Origin: Nemertoderma westbladi
Lineage: Eukaryota; Animalia; Xenacoelomorpha
DNA length: 64,000 nt
Direction of reading: 5' to 3'
NCBI GenBank assembly: GCA_032718475.1
Contig: JAUCBJ010001861.1
Location: 124,001 to 188,000, forward strand
Below are positions 1 through 12,750 of the stretch, one piece after another; the stretch's first letter is position 1; every line of letters begins with the position of its first letter. The translations under genes and the position numbers were made by a program. A model generated the notes under the pieces. It was not told the DNA's origin. It did no database searches and saw only the letters and a program-made list of their open reading frames with translations.

Positions 1-33
1 GCAGAAGCAGAAAGAAAGGCAGCGGCAATAGCA

Positions 34-2208
34 ATGGCAGAAGTAGAGGCGGAAAGAAAGGCGGCAAAGGCAGTGGCAGAAGCAGAACGGAGAGCGTCTG
101 AGCAGACTACCCAACTGGAGTTGGAAAATCTGCAAGAGACGCAAGACAACATAAATAAACAGTTAACTGCTAGTCGAATGCAGATGATGAGACGATCTAC
201 TCCAAAACGCCAGGGATACACATCATCGGAGGAAAGCGAAACCACCGATCCTGAAGGCGGCGGAAATAGATCTCGTCTAAGCAGGCGTAGAAAAACATCT
301 CACCGCCACAAATTGCCTGATTTGCCCCTGGCGGTTAGAAGACAACTAACTAGCACAGACTTAGGTAGTACAGAACCCACAGAACAAATTATTCAGGTCA
401 AAAGACTCCCTACAATAGTTGATGAGCCTGAAATAATTAGGCCTGTCGTTCCCAAAGCCACTCCTGTGCTGGAGACCCCTGTACTTCCAGAGCTTAACTC
501 TAAATTCCCTTTACACAGTACTACACTGCCTGTACCCGGTAGAACGGTCCATGAGAATATCCCTGTCCTAGAAGCTGAGAGAGAAATCAAAGATTTGTCT
601 CCCGTCGTCCCGCGTCGGCCCGCTACAATGTTGGCGACTCCCGCTTCGGCGGTTGAGTGGGTAGAGGAGGGACGGCGGGGGATGAATCTCCTGCTCGGAC
701 AGATGCAGGAGACTGTCCACCAACTTAAGGGAACAGTAAGGGAAGGTAGGGCCGAATTGCAAGAAGTGCAGCAAAGTATCGCGCTAGAACGCGACAAATT
801 AGTCAACATACAAAAGGGTATACCCATACCCCCTGTAACATTGTGTCAACCTGTTAGGTCTGAAGTATTACATGCGCAAGGTGTGGAGCCTACACGCATC
901 TATACTGCTAGTGAAGTAGAAACTCCTATAGCAAACCCTATTAAGGGTGATTATAAACCTGTTGTTAATGATATTCCCTATAGACCTGATAATGATCCGA
1001 GAAATTTATATACCGATAATTCGATATTAAATAACACGATGGCCCAAGAAAGCTTTACGCGTCAGATGGCTAGAACAGAAGCCCGCCAAGCGGTCAAAGT
1101 GGGAGAGATCGTCAAATTCAATGGAGATGAGATGAAATGGTTACCTTTCAATGAATATTACAAATACAGCATACAGAACTCTGTACTATCTAACAGAGAG
1201 AAACTTAGGTTCCTCATCAAGTGCTTGGAAGGACCTCCCAAGTTAATGGCGTTAAAGTTCATTGGACATCCAGAAGGATTAAGACAAGTTTGGGATACAT
1301 TAAACATCAGGTATGGTAACAAGGATAACATAGCTAAGTATTTGTATGCAAAATTAGTAGCCCCCCGAAACTTCCTTAGTAGCGGGATTATAGAGTTTTC
1401 CGATGAGATTCAGGAGATCTGTAGACAATTGGACTGGTTAGGTAAGTCTCATGAATATCAGAGTTCCATGGTTATTGGAGCAGTAGTCTCTACTTTACCA
1501 AAGGGTGGAGTATGTACACGCTGGGACAAGAAAGTGTTGTATATGAATGAGCAGCAACGACGAAGCCCTACCATGGCTGATCTCATGTCCTTCTTAGATG
1601 GTGAAGTAAAACTACAACTCATCAAGCAGTCCAGAGAAAAAACATCGGAAAATAAGGTAAGTGAGAAACCCGTTTCTAGGAGAAGAGTCACACCGGTGTG
1701 TTACACTGACGACGGCGAAAGCCAAGCTTCTCAAGAAGAGGACAGCGGGAAAGACACTGACAAATTTTACTACGTTAACAAAACCCCAAAAGACGTAAGT
1801 AAATACAAGACTCGAACCAACGATAGGAGAGAACAGGTTGCCAAGACCCCTCCTCAGTCTCCTAACAGAATGCACGGAAGAAAGCCCGAAGAAAGAACGA
1901 GAGTGCATCAGGTTACCCAAGGTAAAGTGAGTAACATAAAACCTAACTGTGCGCTGTGCGACGGGACCCACCGTTTGAGTGCGTGTGCTGAATTTCTAAA
2001 GAAATCCCTTGTAGACAGACGTGCAGTCGTGTGGGATAAGCGGTTATGCTATAATTGCCTCAGACCAGGACACCAACGGCGAACCTGTTACTCTGACGTA
2101 AAGTGTGCAAAGTGTGGCGCGAAACATCACCTCTTGTTACACAGTGAGTTCGAACGAGACAACCCGAGTAAGGTAAGCCCGAACTACATGTCCAATTCAG
2201 TGATGTAA
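34..2208 (+). CDS. gag: BEL/Pao retrotransposon Gag (the ORF probably starts upstream of the window)
   Basis: DUF1759-like region (KFNGDEMKWLPF...LSNREKLRFLIKCLEG). Triple Cys motif CALCDGTHRLSAC / CYNCLRPGHQRRTC / CAKCGAKHHLLLH is typical of BEL/Pao Gag. Confidence 0.93.
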   Translation: MAEVEAERKAAKAVAEAERRASEQTTQLELENLQETQDNINKQLTASRMQMMRRSTPKRQGYTSSEESETTDPEGGGNRSRLSRRRKTSHRHKLPDLPLAVRRQLTSTDLGSTEPTEQIIQVKRLPTIVDEPEIIRPVVPKATPVLETPVLPELNSKFPLHSTTLPVPGRTVHENIPVLEAEREIKDLSPVVPRRPATMLATPASAVEWVEEGRRGMNLLLGQMQETVHQLKGTVREGRAELQEVQQSIALERDKLVNIQKGIPIPPVTLCQPVRSEVLHAQGVEPTRIYTASEVETPIANPIKGDYKPVVNDIPYRPDNDPRNLYTDNSILNNTMAQESFTRQMARTEARQAVKVGEIVKFNGDEMKWLPFNEYYKYSIQNSVLSNREKLRFLIKCLEGPPKLMALKFIGHPEGLRQVWDTLNIRYGNKDNIAKYLYAKLVAPRNFLSSGIIEFSDEIQEICRQLDWLGKSHEYQSSMVIGAVVSTLPKGGVCTRWDKKVLYMNEQQRRSPTMADLMSFLDGEVKLQLIKQSREKTSENKVSEKPVSRRRVTPVCYTDDGESQASQEEDSGKDTDKFYYVNKTPKDVSKYKTRTNDRREQVAKTPPQSPNRMHGRKPEERTRVHQVTQGKVSNIKPNCALCDGTHRLSACAEFLKKSLVDRRAVVWDKRLCYNCLRPGHQRRTCYSDVKCAKCGAKHHLLLHSEFERDNPSKVSPNYMSNSVM

Positions 2209-5200
2209 ATGACACTGATCAAGAATCTGAGATGGAAGGATTCTATACTGACGAATTCTCCGACGCCAACGAATCCTGTTATCTAATCAATACCGCGGTG
2301 TATCGAGCACTTACTTATGAAAAGGACACCGACAATGAGTTCCCCCCAACTACTTTTGCCAGACAACCATCTTGGAAAGCTCCAACTTCCAACGTAGGAA
2401 TCAGAGAATTTCCTGTAGTGCAGGTAAGAGTTCATGGTCCTAACAAAAGTTACATAGTGAACGCCCTCCTTGACTCCGGCAGCACAGGAACATTCATCGA
2501 TCAAGAACTAGCCGAAGATATCTTTGCTGGACAACCCAAATTCCGGACTAAATTGAATATGTCAGGAATTATGCAGGTTTGGAAATCTACCCTAATGGCA
2601 GATTACTATGTAGGTGTGTTGTCCACCCCCCAGGATAAATTAGGAGCACAAGGTATAAGGTCTGTAAAAATGGTGGCTATAAAGAACTTCGCTACTACCC
2701 AAGCAGACCTTTATAATTGGGACGAGGATGAGAGCATCCAACATCTTAAGATACCTCGATTCCAGACAGATTATCCTGGAGTGCAAATACTCATCGGCCA
2801 AAACGCGCATGAGGCGCTCGAAACATTGGAGAAACGGCCTGCTCAACCGCAGCCACTGCAAACCTATGCGGTAAGAACTAGAGTAGGTTGGTACTTTACT
2901 GGCCCTTCCCGCAGAACTCTCGAAGAGAGAATGCCACAAGAACGAATATATCAAGTAAACGATTGGGAAGTGAAGAACAGTGAGGTGGAAGAACTAACTG
3001 AGGGAACACCATACTCCTCAGATAATAACGACATCTACCAACTCTTCGATGAAGAGAACACAATCGACCTACTTACAGAAAACAAAACGTGGAAAAACCA
3101 GGTGAACCTATGTCAACTGATTCGCCCATCGGGACCCATTGATTACAATGACGAACTAAATGATGAGATAGAGCGCTACAACGCTAGAACACGGGACGAA
3201 CTCGCCGTACGATTCTTTACTCAAGAACTGGTAGAGCCCAATTCATACGATAAGGCCCTATCGATAGAAGAAGAAAGAGCCAAGCAAATCCAGGAAACAA
3301 CTACACGTTTTTTAAAGGACCAAGGTAGATATGAAATCGGCCTACCATTTTGAAAACGAGAACCTAGATTTATAAATAACAGACCCTTGCCAGAGAAAAG
3401 AATCGCTCAATTACATAGACGCCTTACGGCTAATGCTTCAGCTAAAGAAATGTACCAAACTCAGTTGAAGAAATTTATAACAAAGGGATACGCGGAGCGA
3501 GTACCGGAAGGAACACCAGTGGCTGAGAGAACGTATTACTTAACACATCATTACGTTCCCAAACCCGGTAAACCCCACGAAGTACGAGTCGTATTCGATG
3601 GTTCCGCTCTATATATGGGCCAATCCCTCAATTCCGAGTTGTTACCAGGACCCAACTTACTCCAATCTTTGTTGGGAATACTTTTGAGATTAAGACAATA
3701 TTCCATCGCGTTCGCCTCCGATATAGAAGGAATGTTCTTACAAGTCAAGGCGCTGGATAGAGATAGAGACAGCCTGAGATTTCTGTGGTGGCCTGAAGGA
3801 GACCTCAACCAGAAACCGGTAGAGTACTGGATGACCATCCAGGCTTTTGGGATCATATCAAGCCCTTCCAACGCCTGCTCCGTGGTGCGAACCACTGCGA
3901 ATGACAACCGAGACGCCTTCTCCAAAGAGGTGATAGACAACATCAAACGTAATATATACATGGACGACAATTTAAGGTCCCTTCCATCAGTAGAAGAAGC
4001 CATAGATGTCGCGAAAGGAACGGTAGAGTGTTTGAAAAGAGGTGGATTTCGACTGACGAAATTCACCAGCAACTCCCGTGAGTTTCTGGAAGCGATACCG
4101 GTAGAAGACCGAGGAGCGAAAGACCTAGATTTAATAAAGGATGATCTTCCAGAAACCAAGACGCTTGGCTTGAAGTGGGACACTGAAAGAGACATCCTGT
4201 TTTTTCAGCTCAAACAGCGAGATAATCCAGTTTGGACCAAACGGATTTGTTTAAGTATCCTGAGCACTTATTTCGACCCATTGGGATTTATTAGCCCAGT
4301 TATATTGATTGCTCGGAGTTTAGTACAACAAATGTGGCTTGAAAACCACTCATGGGACGATCCGCTTAAGGGAGAACTGTTGAAGAAATGGATGAAATGG
4401 GAAGATTCTCTACCAGCCATCGAGAACTTTATAATTTCCCATGCATATTTTGGTCATGTTCTTCCTACGTATTCCTATCAACTCCATGTGTTTGGAGACG
4501 CCAGCGACATGGGAATAGGTATAGTAGCATATCTGCGAGTCGAAACTCCGGATGGAATCAAAGTCGCCTTGGTTACCTCTAAGGCATTGATTAACAACAA
4601 GTTAAAGGTTCCTCGAGCGGAGTTAAAGGCGGCCTTATACGCTACAGCCATCGGCCGGAACGTAACAGAACAAATCGACTATCCACTGGAGAAAACTGTT
4701 TATTGGACCGACGCTTTACTCGTGTTGGAGTATCTAACCAATGAAGTCTGTCAGTTCAGCGTTTTTGTTACTAACAGGGTAGCTATTATTCTTAGTCGCA
4801 CAAAGATAGATCAATGGAGACATTGCCCTGGTACGATTAATCCAGCCGATATCGCCTCCCGGGGAGCAACTCCACAGGAACTGATAGATACTCCAGACTG
4901 GTTGGGTGGACCCGACTTCCTGAGCAAGGAAGAGGATGAATGGCCTCCTCACCTTACTACGGCGGAGATTAGACAAGCCAAGGGAGCGGAGACAGTCAAA
5001 CCTAAAACCCGGGCGAGTAAATCGAAGTTATTTAAACCGACGATCGATCTATCTGTATTACATACTTCCGGGAATGATGCTTCGGATCCACAATCCCTCG
5101 CCACAAATAAGTCTGTTGTGGAAATTAGAGATAGAGATTGGAAATCTGGAATACCAGACGTCTCGCAAGGAATCTCACCCCTGCTGCAGAGAGCAATGCA

Positions 5201-6842
5201 TCACTACAGTTCCTGGAATCGGCTCTGTAAAGCCGTCACATATTTAAGACGATGTTTTCATCATCACTACTCCAGGATGAAGACCAATAGTGATACTGCT
5301 CCACTGACATCTGTGCAGGTCCATGTTGTTAAAGATCTTCCCAAATATAAGATATCCGACAGGTTTCTGAAGGAGAAGATCAGTTATCAGGAGCATGAAG
5401 AAACCAATAAGCAGATGCTGAGACTCCTGCAATGCTATGAGGATTCCGAAAAGTATTTCCTGTTGTTGAGAAATCCGCAGATGCGCTTAAGGGATCGATT
5501 CTCTAGCACAATGATAGATGGGTTAATACGTGTTGGAGGAAGGCTCACCAATGCGCCCTTATCCTTTGACACTAAATTCCCCATACTCATTAGAAATCTT
5601 GAAGTACAAATCAAGATGATTGTAGATGTTCACAGTAAACTTTATCATGCTGGTAGAGAACGAGTTCTTAGCGAAATTCGAACTCGCTATTATTTTGATA
5701 AACCCCGTAGAGCTCTGAACCAAGTTCTTAGGAACTGCATACCCTGTAGGAAAGCATTCAGTAGGCCTTTAACACAGCGAGAGGCAGAATTACCTAGGGA
5801 ACGAGTAAGCTTCTATGAACCACCTTTTACTAATACTGGTGTAGATTTATTTGGCCCTATTGAAGTATATCGTGCTAGGACTATAGTCAAGAGATGGTGT
5901 GTCATCTTCGTATGCATGACTTGTAGAGTCATCCATCTCGATATGGTGAACGAGCTATCTACCAACAGCTTCGTCTTAAGTTTACGCCGACAGATCGCTC
6001 GCTTCGGGACGAGTAATACCATGAGATCGGATAAGGGAACGAACTTCATTGGTGCCAACAACGAAATACAGGCTTACGTGAAGGACTGGAACCAAAGACA
6101 GGTGGACGACCAGCTAAGGATAACAGCGTCTAGCTGGACCTTCAACGCCGCCGACGCCCCTTGGTGGGGAGGAAGTTGGGAGAGATTAATTCGAAGTGTC
6201 AAAACCGCATTTCACTTTATAGTGCCATGCCGCGCGTATCTCACCGACGAACTTTTGCGGACGTTAATGGAGGAAATAGCTGCCTATCTCAACGAGAGAC
6301 CGCTTATGCCAGTCTCATCGAGTCCCGATTCCCTGGAAGCGCTAACACCTGCGCACTTCCTACTGAAGAAACCTGTAGCCATGCTCCCACGATCGGAGAT
6401 TGCCGACGGAGACGAATACTGCCGTCGAACTTGGCAACTTATGCAGTTGCTATCCCGTCGTTTCGCTGACCATTTCGAGAAACATTATCTGCCCACGCTA
6501 CAACTTCGAACTAAGTGGTTTGCGCAGCAAGAAAACGTCAGCGCCGGAGATATGGTGCTTATTGTAGATTCAGACCTCCCACGTAAACGGTGGCAGACAG
6601 GTCGTATCATCGAGACTCACATCTCGGATGATGGTTTAGTACGCTCGGTAGAACTCGTCGTCATGCGGCGTAACTTCAAGAAGCCAGGCATAATCTTTGA
6701 GACGCAACAACTCAACCGCCCAGTTGGTCGTTTATGTTTACTGGAAAGAGACAGAGAACTCTCCGGAAACTATGGAAGGCAAGACACTCTTCCCACGACC
6801 ACCTCCCTAATTTCTCAAACATCTAGGGACTCCCCAACGTGA
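2172..6842 (+). CDS. pol: BEL/Pao Pol (aspartic protease, RT, RNase H, integrase, DUF5641); frameshifted from gag and broken by an in-frame TGA at 3351-3353
   Basis: Protease ALLDSGST; RT VRVVFDGS, DIEGMFLQV, YMDD; RNase H LHVFGDAS, YWTDA; integrase H..H/CIPC, GVDLFGP, SDKGTNF, GGSWERLIRSVK; C-terminal GDMVLI..W..GRI. ORFs 2232 and 3387 share one frame. Confidence 0.95.
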
Positions 6843-6857
6843 AACATCTGGAGTGGG

Positions 6858-7305
6858 TGTATGACTATATTGTTTTATCTATTTTATTATATTTTTATAT
6901 GCGAACTTTATTATGTACTTTATTATAATCGTTTTTATTCAATTTTATTTAGTAGAAGGTTATTTTAGATTATTTAGTAGGTTAGTGCAATATATTAGTG
7001 TTTATTACGTAATTACATATATATAATATATATTTAGTGTGACGATAATTTTTCTCTTTCCTTACTGTCCGTATCATATTATAAATACGTGACTACAGTA
7101 AGATGAAATGTCCGTACTTATTAAAGTACAATAAAGCCCCTACTATATTTAAGTATTATTGGTAGGCAGAGTATTAGGAATGCAAAGTTCAGATCCTCGT
7201 GTCTCGGCTAAACCAAGCTCTGGGTAGACCTTGGAAACGACTTGCCTCTTCACACTGACATTGCTTCGTGCGATATTGCTCTTCTACCTTATATTAAATA
7301 ATACA
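6858..7305 (+). mobile_element. Candidate 3' LTR #1 of the BEL element
   Basis: PPT-like CTGGAGTGGG 6 nt after the pol stop, followed by TGTAT...ATACA inverted ends. TATAAA near 7080, AATAAA near 7131. Very AT-rich, so the right end is uncertain. Confidence 0.5.
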
Positions 7306-8457
7306 TATAGTAGCGTGATGTCCATATAACAGTAGCGTAAAACGCAAATAAATCTGTTAAACCTTTTGACCATCTGTAATTCTAGTCGATTAAGATATCG
7401 CGGCACCCACCGATATACTTGAAAGACAAATTCTAGAATCAGTGGTTAACGTCCCCAGACAAGTTCTGGAATAAATCGGTGCCCATCTTAAATATTAATT
7501 TAATATTTATTAAAATCTGTAAAATTCAGATCCTTTAAAATTTCTAGTCAATTAAGATATCGCAGCACTTACCGATACTCTTAAAAGACAATTTTATAGA
7601 ATTAAGGATCCTAAGTACCCAGACATGCTCTGGAATAAAAATTGTGTCAATTTTAACATCAAATAATAAAATTCACGGGAATAAATTTAAATTCATATTT
7701 TAAATGAATTTCATAAATTGTCATTTTGTGCAATTTATAACATTCCCAAAATTCCATTAATTAATAGATCATGGGAGCGGAGATTCATCCTATTGAGTGT
7801 ATTAGAGTGCGAGAATCTCCGACATATAGTCAATAGCCGATAAAATTAATAAAATCATGCATAAAGAGGATATTGACAATTAAAGAATTACTATTAAATA
7901 GCATTCCAGATCTGTATGCATGAGAATTACCCTAATTCTACCGCTAGCTTTCCATAATGTCACCATAGCAACTCCCACGCTAGAATTAGAAGCAAGTTAA
8001 AAGAACAATAGAAAGCTTGTCCCATTGCATAGCATAGAGAATACATAGCACACTGTTAGTATCCAAAGATACACAGTAATAACGTGACATTCTGGAAGGC
8101 ACTGACTAACGGACAAATGGCCTGTATGTGTACAATTGGTGACAGTTGTGTGGAATTTGTGCGTTTGTAGGTGAATGTTACTGCTAAGGTGTGTTTACAG
8201 TAGCTAGTCGCAATTGTGAAAGTAGCCCAACTCTCCTATAGAAAGAACCTAAAGTGGATTCAAGCCTTTGGGACGGACAGTGGAGTGACTTGTGCCGGTT
8301 ATCGTTGTCGTGCTGTTGCTACATGTTGGTGTAAACGCCGCGACGACGATACATCGGCGCTGAGAATCCCACTGTCCGGGGGCAAAGAAGGTAGGCAGCG
8401 ACGCCCGCTCGCCTAAACATAAACTCATTATAATATTAATCAACCCAAATAGCAGAT

Positions 8458-10050
8458 ATGACGGAGTTGATAGAAGATGATCTTGGTATCAGGGAGCGAT
8501 ATACTCTACCTTTACAAGCATTTGTGGATAGCTTGATACGCGGTGAAGCCGATCCAACCTTTACGGAGGACGATGGTCGTTATATCGAACCGCCGCTGTC
8601 CCAAGAGCAACTTACGCGTGAATTGGACTATCGAAAATTCACCGCTCGCTATACGCATCGTAATGGTACGTATATGGACTTCTTAACTACCGGCCATCCT
8701 ATCGATTTACATGATACGGACGATGTAGACACCGAAAGGGAAATGGTTCTATTTAAATATCATACCCAGCGGAGTCGTAACGATAAACCGAGAATAGAAC
8801 ACGAAAATTCTATTCGTAACAGACTGGAAAGAGAAAACGTTGAAGAACCGGATAAACGCATCGACTTCAACGACTACCTGGAATTTTGAGAGAAACCTAT
8901 CTCAACATCGCCAGTCATCAGAACCTAGAGACTCGATATCTTCAAGGTATACATCATGACCCTGTGGTAGAACTCAAACGGCTCTATTTCACTATGATGT
9001 ATCTTACCGCCGATCGTCCACTACCTGTTATCCCGGATAGTTTTGAACAAATGGAAGAATATTGCAAAACTGGAGAACGATCACCCGCGTTTCCTCTGCA
9101 GGACGTACGTCTTTGGTATTATTGTGACGAATGCCCTAGACCTAACCAACAAACTGAAGGACACAAACGTCCGCTGTTCCTATTTCCACGAACAACCGGA
9201 GACGGAAATTTATTGTGCCTATTGCAGACTCAATAACTTGCACATTTTTGCGGTTTGCCCTCAATTTATGACTCAATGTCACCATTGTCAACTAAAGGGA
9301 CACGCCAGTTTCGATTGCCCCTTTAATCACGATTTGGAAAGCGTAGATGAAATGATCACACTACGTTACATCAGAGCTTGGGAAGCGAACGCTGATTTAC
9401 ATTGTGATTCGCGCCATCGTTATTATCCTGGACGCGCTTACGAAGGAGTTTATGCGTTCCATCCTTATCTATTCGCTTCTGTCGAACAGAAATCACGCAT
9501 ATCGAGTTACGAACTACTGAAGCGCGTCGGAGAATGTATTTCAACCAAATTTGTACGCAAATTTCTCAGGAGTGTTAATCCTAGCGACATTCATTCCTAT
9601 AACTTAATCAATTTTATCCGTCAAGATCCGGACTATGGAGACTTATTTGTTAACTCACACCCCGAGTTACAGGAAGTATATCGATTGCCTTACGAATACC
9701 GAGCCCGCGAACACGAGTTGGAAAGAACCATTAAACCCAGGAAGTTTCTGACCGCCTATGGTCCACCCACGGCTCTCGTTCAGACCACTCGTAAAGGACC
9801 CGTAAGAGCGGCCGTCCTAAAACGCGCTCTAAAGGCCGTTAGACCCCTCTTCCCCGACGTTGATGTCAACCAACCCGGCACTTTGACCGGCGGATACACC
9901 GACCATAATCCTACACCCTCTGATGCAATCATATTGCACCCTTCACCCAGGAGTTATAGCCCTCCTTGTAAAGTGGCTCGCCCCAAAGAGAAAAAGACTC
10001 TGGCTAGCTTTAAAAAACTGCGTAAACGCCGTCCGCGTAAGAAAGACTAA
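8458..10050 (+). pseudogene. Accessory ORF (about 530 codons when joined across two compensating frameshifts) with three CCHC-type zinc knuckles and a basic C-terminus
   Basis: ORFs 8458-8889, 8886-9236 and 9043-10050 overlap; the first and last share a frame. Motifs CDEC..H..(frameshift)C, CAYCRLNNLHIFAVC, CHHCQLKGHASFDC; ends KKLRKRRPRKKD. Confidence 0.7.
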
Positions 10051-10128
10051 CTGTTTAGAGTATTTACGTATATTAGAAACTGTGATTTTGTATATTTTAT
10101 AGACTCAAATCCCATTTTCTGGGAGCGG

Positions 10129-10830
10129 TGTAAAAGCTTTTGTGGGATATAACTGGCCCTTTTGCTTTGCAATCCAGTTTCCCCCCAGGCGCTGGAATAC
10201 TCTAAAAAGCTCTCTAACTCGAATGATGCAAAGCGACCGGCTGATTGGCTGATTTGTTATACGAGGGGCTCTTTGCTATGTTCTATTGGCCAACCAGAGC
10301 TATAGCAGCAGAGTATGCAACCAGGACAACCGAGCAGAGTGACTCACTTTGTGTGTTGGCCAAGGGTTGCAAAATTCCTGATAGTTCGGCATTTAGATAT
10401 TCGTGGAACTTGTGGAATCTGGTGTTCTGCCAATGAGAGCTATTCCTCTCTGTGTAAAAGATACCTGCAACGGTGTTAGGGACAGTAGCAGTTTTTTCTT
10501 GATACTGTTTTGTTGTTTCTATCTAGGCCAGGAACACCGGCTCTAGAGTCAATTCGTTTCAGACTTTAGAAGAAACATTAGTAGGCTTAGATTATAGAGC
10601 GTATAACTGTTATCATAACAACTCGGCCCAATTATCGGTCAACTCAATTGGACACAGTCCAGTCTTAACGGCACATATATTGTCATATCATATCTTAACC
10701 TACCGTCTTAATGCTTTTACTGTTGTTATTATTTTGTATCAGTTGGTTGAATATTATTTGGAGAACATCTATAAAGAACCCAAATTTCCCAATTTTCTTG
10801 ATACACTACAGGTTAGAGAGACAGGTTACA
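10129..10830 (+). mobile_element. Candidate 3' LTR #2
   Basis: PPT-like CTGGGAGCGG directly before TGTAA; ends TTACA at 10830; internal CCAAT/ATTGG boxes. Confidence 0.65.
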
Positions 10831-12611
10831 AATAGCGATTGCGACTTATATTATGAATATAATAGTAGTATAGTAGTAATAGTAGTAATAGTAGTATGAA
10901 TAATAGTAGTGAATTTAATGCTATTTGATAAGCACTACATGAGTCAATTGCTGTTCTCTTTATATATGATAAAATTCATTGACAGTCGGCAGATTAGTGT
11001 GCAGCATTGTGTGTTACCGGTAGTGTGCATGATTGTGACTGATAACTAAGCATTTCCTAAAGAATGCGCCTCATACGTGAATCATAAGCCTTCCCGACTT
11101 ACCGTTGTGTTTAGTATAAGTCATATCTCTGTTTACCTAGATAGAGCGCCACGTCCTAAAGGAACTGTTAATATTTCCCGAAAGTGAATAATATTAGTCA
11201 GAAATTATTTATTAACGATCAATCGAATAATACAGTAAGCTTACACTGCAATAACAATCTAAGCCCTACGAATCCAGTCTCCCGGGTATATCCAGCGGGT
11301 GAATGGACGCGCACTAGGCTGGCTTCGGCTAATGTTGTGTTTATTGGTATTAAATATTTGTCATTTTCTAAAGTCTATTTATAAACCAAAAGACATATAA
11401 ATTTTGGCAGGTTAAACTGCTAAAGGTCTTCAAAAGCGCGTACACGCCAGGTGTTTTGGTTTTTAGAGTATTCTCATTCGAATCAGTGACCCAGAAAACA
11501 TATCAAACTCGTTGAAATAAAAAACTTGGGCGTATTTTCAGAGTCTTGAATATTTCAAAATTTGAAGTGCCATGAACTAATTTTGGTGCACCAAATGAAG
11601 TACCACTATGCTTACATACTGTACTTGTATTGAGCATTAGAGTACTAAGTATCATTATGAATCAATAAAAAACCCAAAACATCACTCAGGATAAACTCAT
11701 ATAAATGACCTTAAAAAATTTGCCACAAATTTTCAGGTGCCACCTACATTGAAAATTAGAAATCCAACTGTGACACCGTTTTTTGCTAAAGATGCGCCAT
11801 TAAATTTGGCTAATTCTCAAAAACAATTAGACAGATACATAATGTTGTTATTACAGATTTACAGCAATTTTATACTAGGGGGGGGGGGGGGGGGGGATCC
11901 CCCCCCCCCCCCCCCCAGTGCTAATAGGGTTAAGATGATCAACTAACACTCTCCTCGAAGATTGCTCATTTTCCTTAGTTAGTCTCGCTAGTTCCCACGA
12001 GCTTGTAACACTTGGGTTATAGTAGGGCTCCTTGGTTGAACATCGCAGCGATTTGTGTATACACTCTAATTTGGAATCGAAATCCTTGAGGGTATAGCCT
12101 TATACAGGATTGCGTTATAGAGCATTCGTTGATTTCCCATCACTTCTTTACGTGATTTACATTTCGCTTCAATGACGGTGCTATTTCTTATTTGACCTAA
12201 TTTTCCCAGTTTTTTTTCAGCTAACCTTTCGATGTTACCCCTTTGCCGTTGCAACCTGCGAAAATTTATTTCGTAAGTGGGAGAAGTAGATGGCCCTCTG
12301 GCGATCATATCGGTCAAATCAGCTGACAGAAGCGTCAACATTCTGGTCAGCTTCTCTATCTTTATCTCCTTTGAGGAAAACATTTTACTTGTATTCTTAC
12401 CAAGGTCAGCCGGGTTACTCATTGTTGGGATTTGTTTAACGCACTAACGAGTTGACGGACAACAATACCTACGTATAGCAGTAGTAAGTGTGTAATTGTT
12501 TTGTTAATTATAAGTCGCCACAGCATTGGTGAATAAATGTATTCTCTACAGGTATACCTAACTTTCCAAAAGTAAGGTAATAATCCAATAACAAGCGCGA
12601 AATCGCTCAAA

Positions 12612-12750
12612 GGTCCTCGTCTACTAACGCATGAACTTTCTCATCCTTGAATAGATTACTACCAAAATACGCTCACCGGAAAGTGGGATTGAATACCTAG
12701 AGATTCCATGTCTAACGCTGTAACGCTCTACCAACTTCGCAACTGCGAGA
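12612..12750 (-). mobile_element. Degenerate tRNA-derived SINE head
   Basis: Minus strand reads GCAGTTGCGAAGTTGGTAGAGCG...GGTATTCAATCCC (A-box and B-box-like). Confidence 0.45.

Noticed and set aside
393-6469. Antisense and alternate-frame ORFs inside gag-pol, and likewise inside the B56 and tetraspanin genes
   Set aside because: Shadow ORFs with no recognisable motifs.
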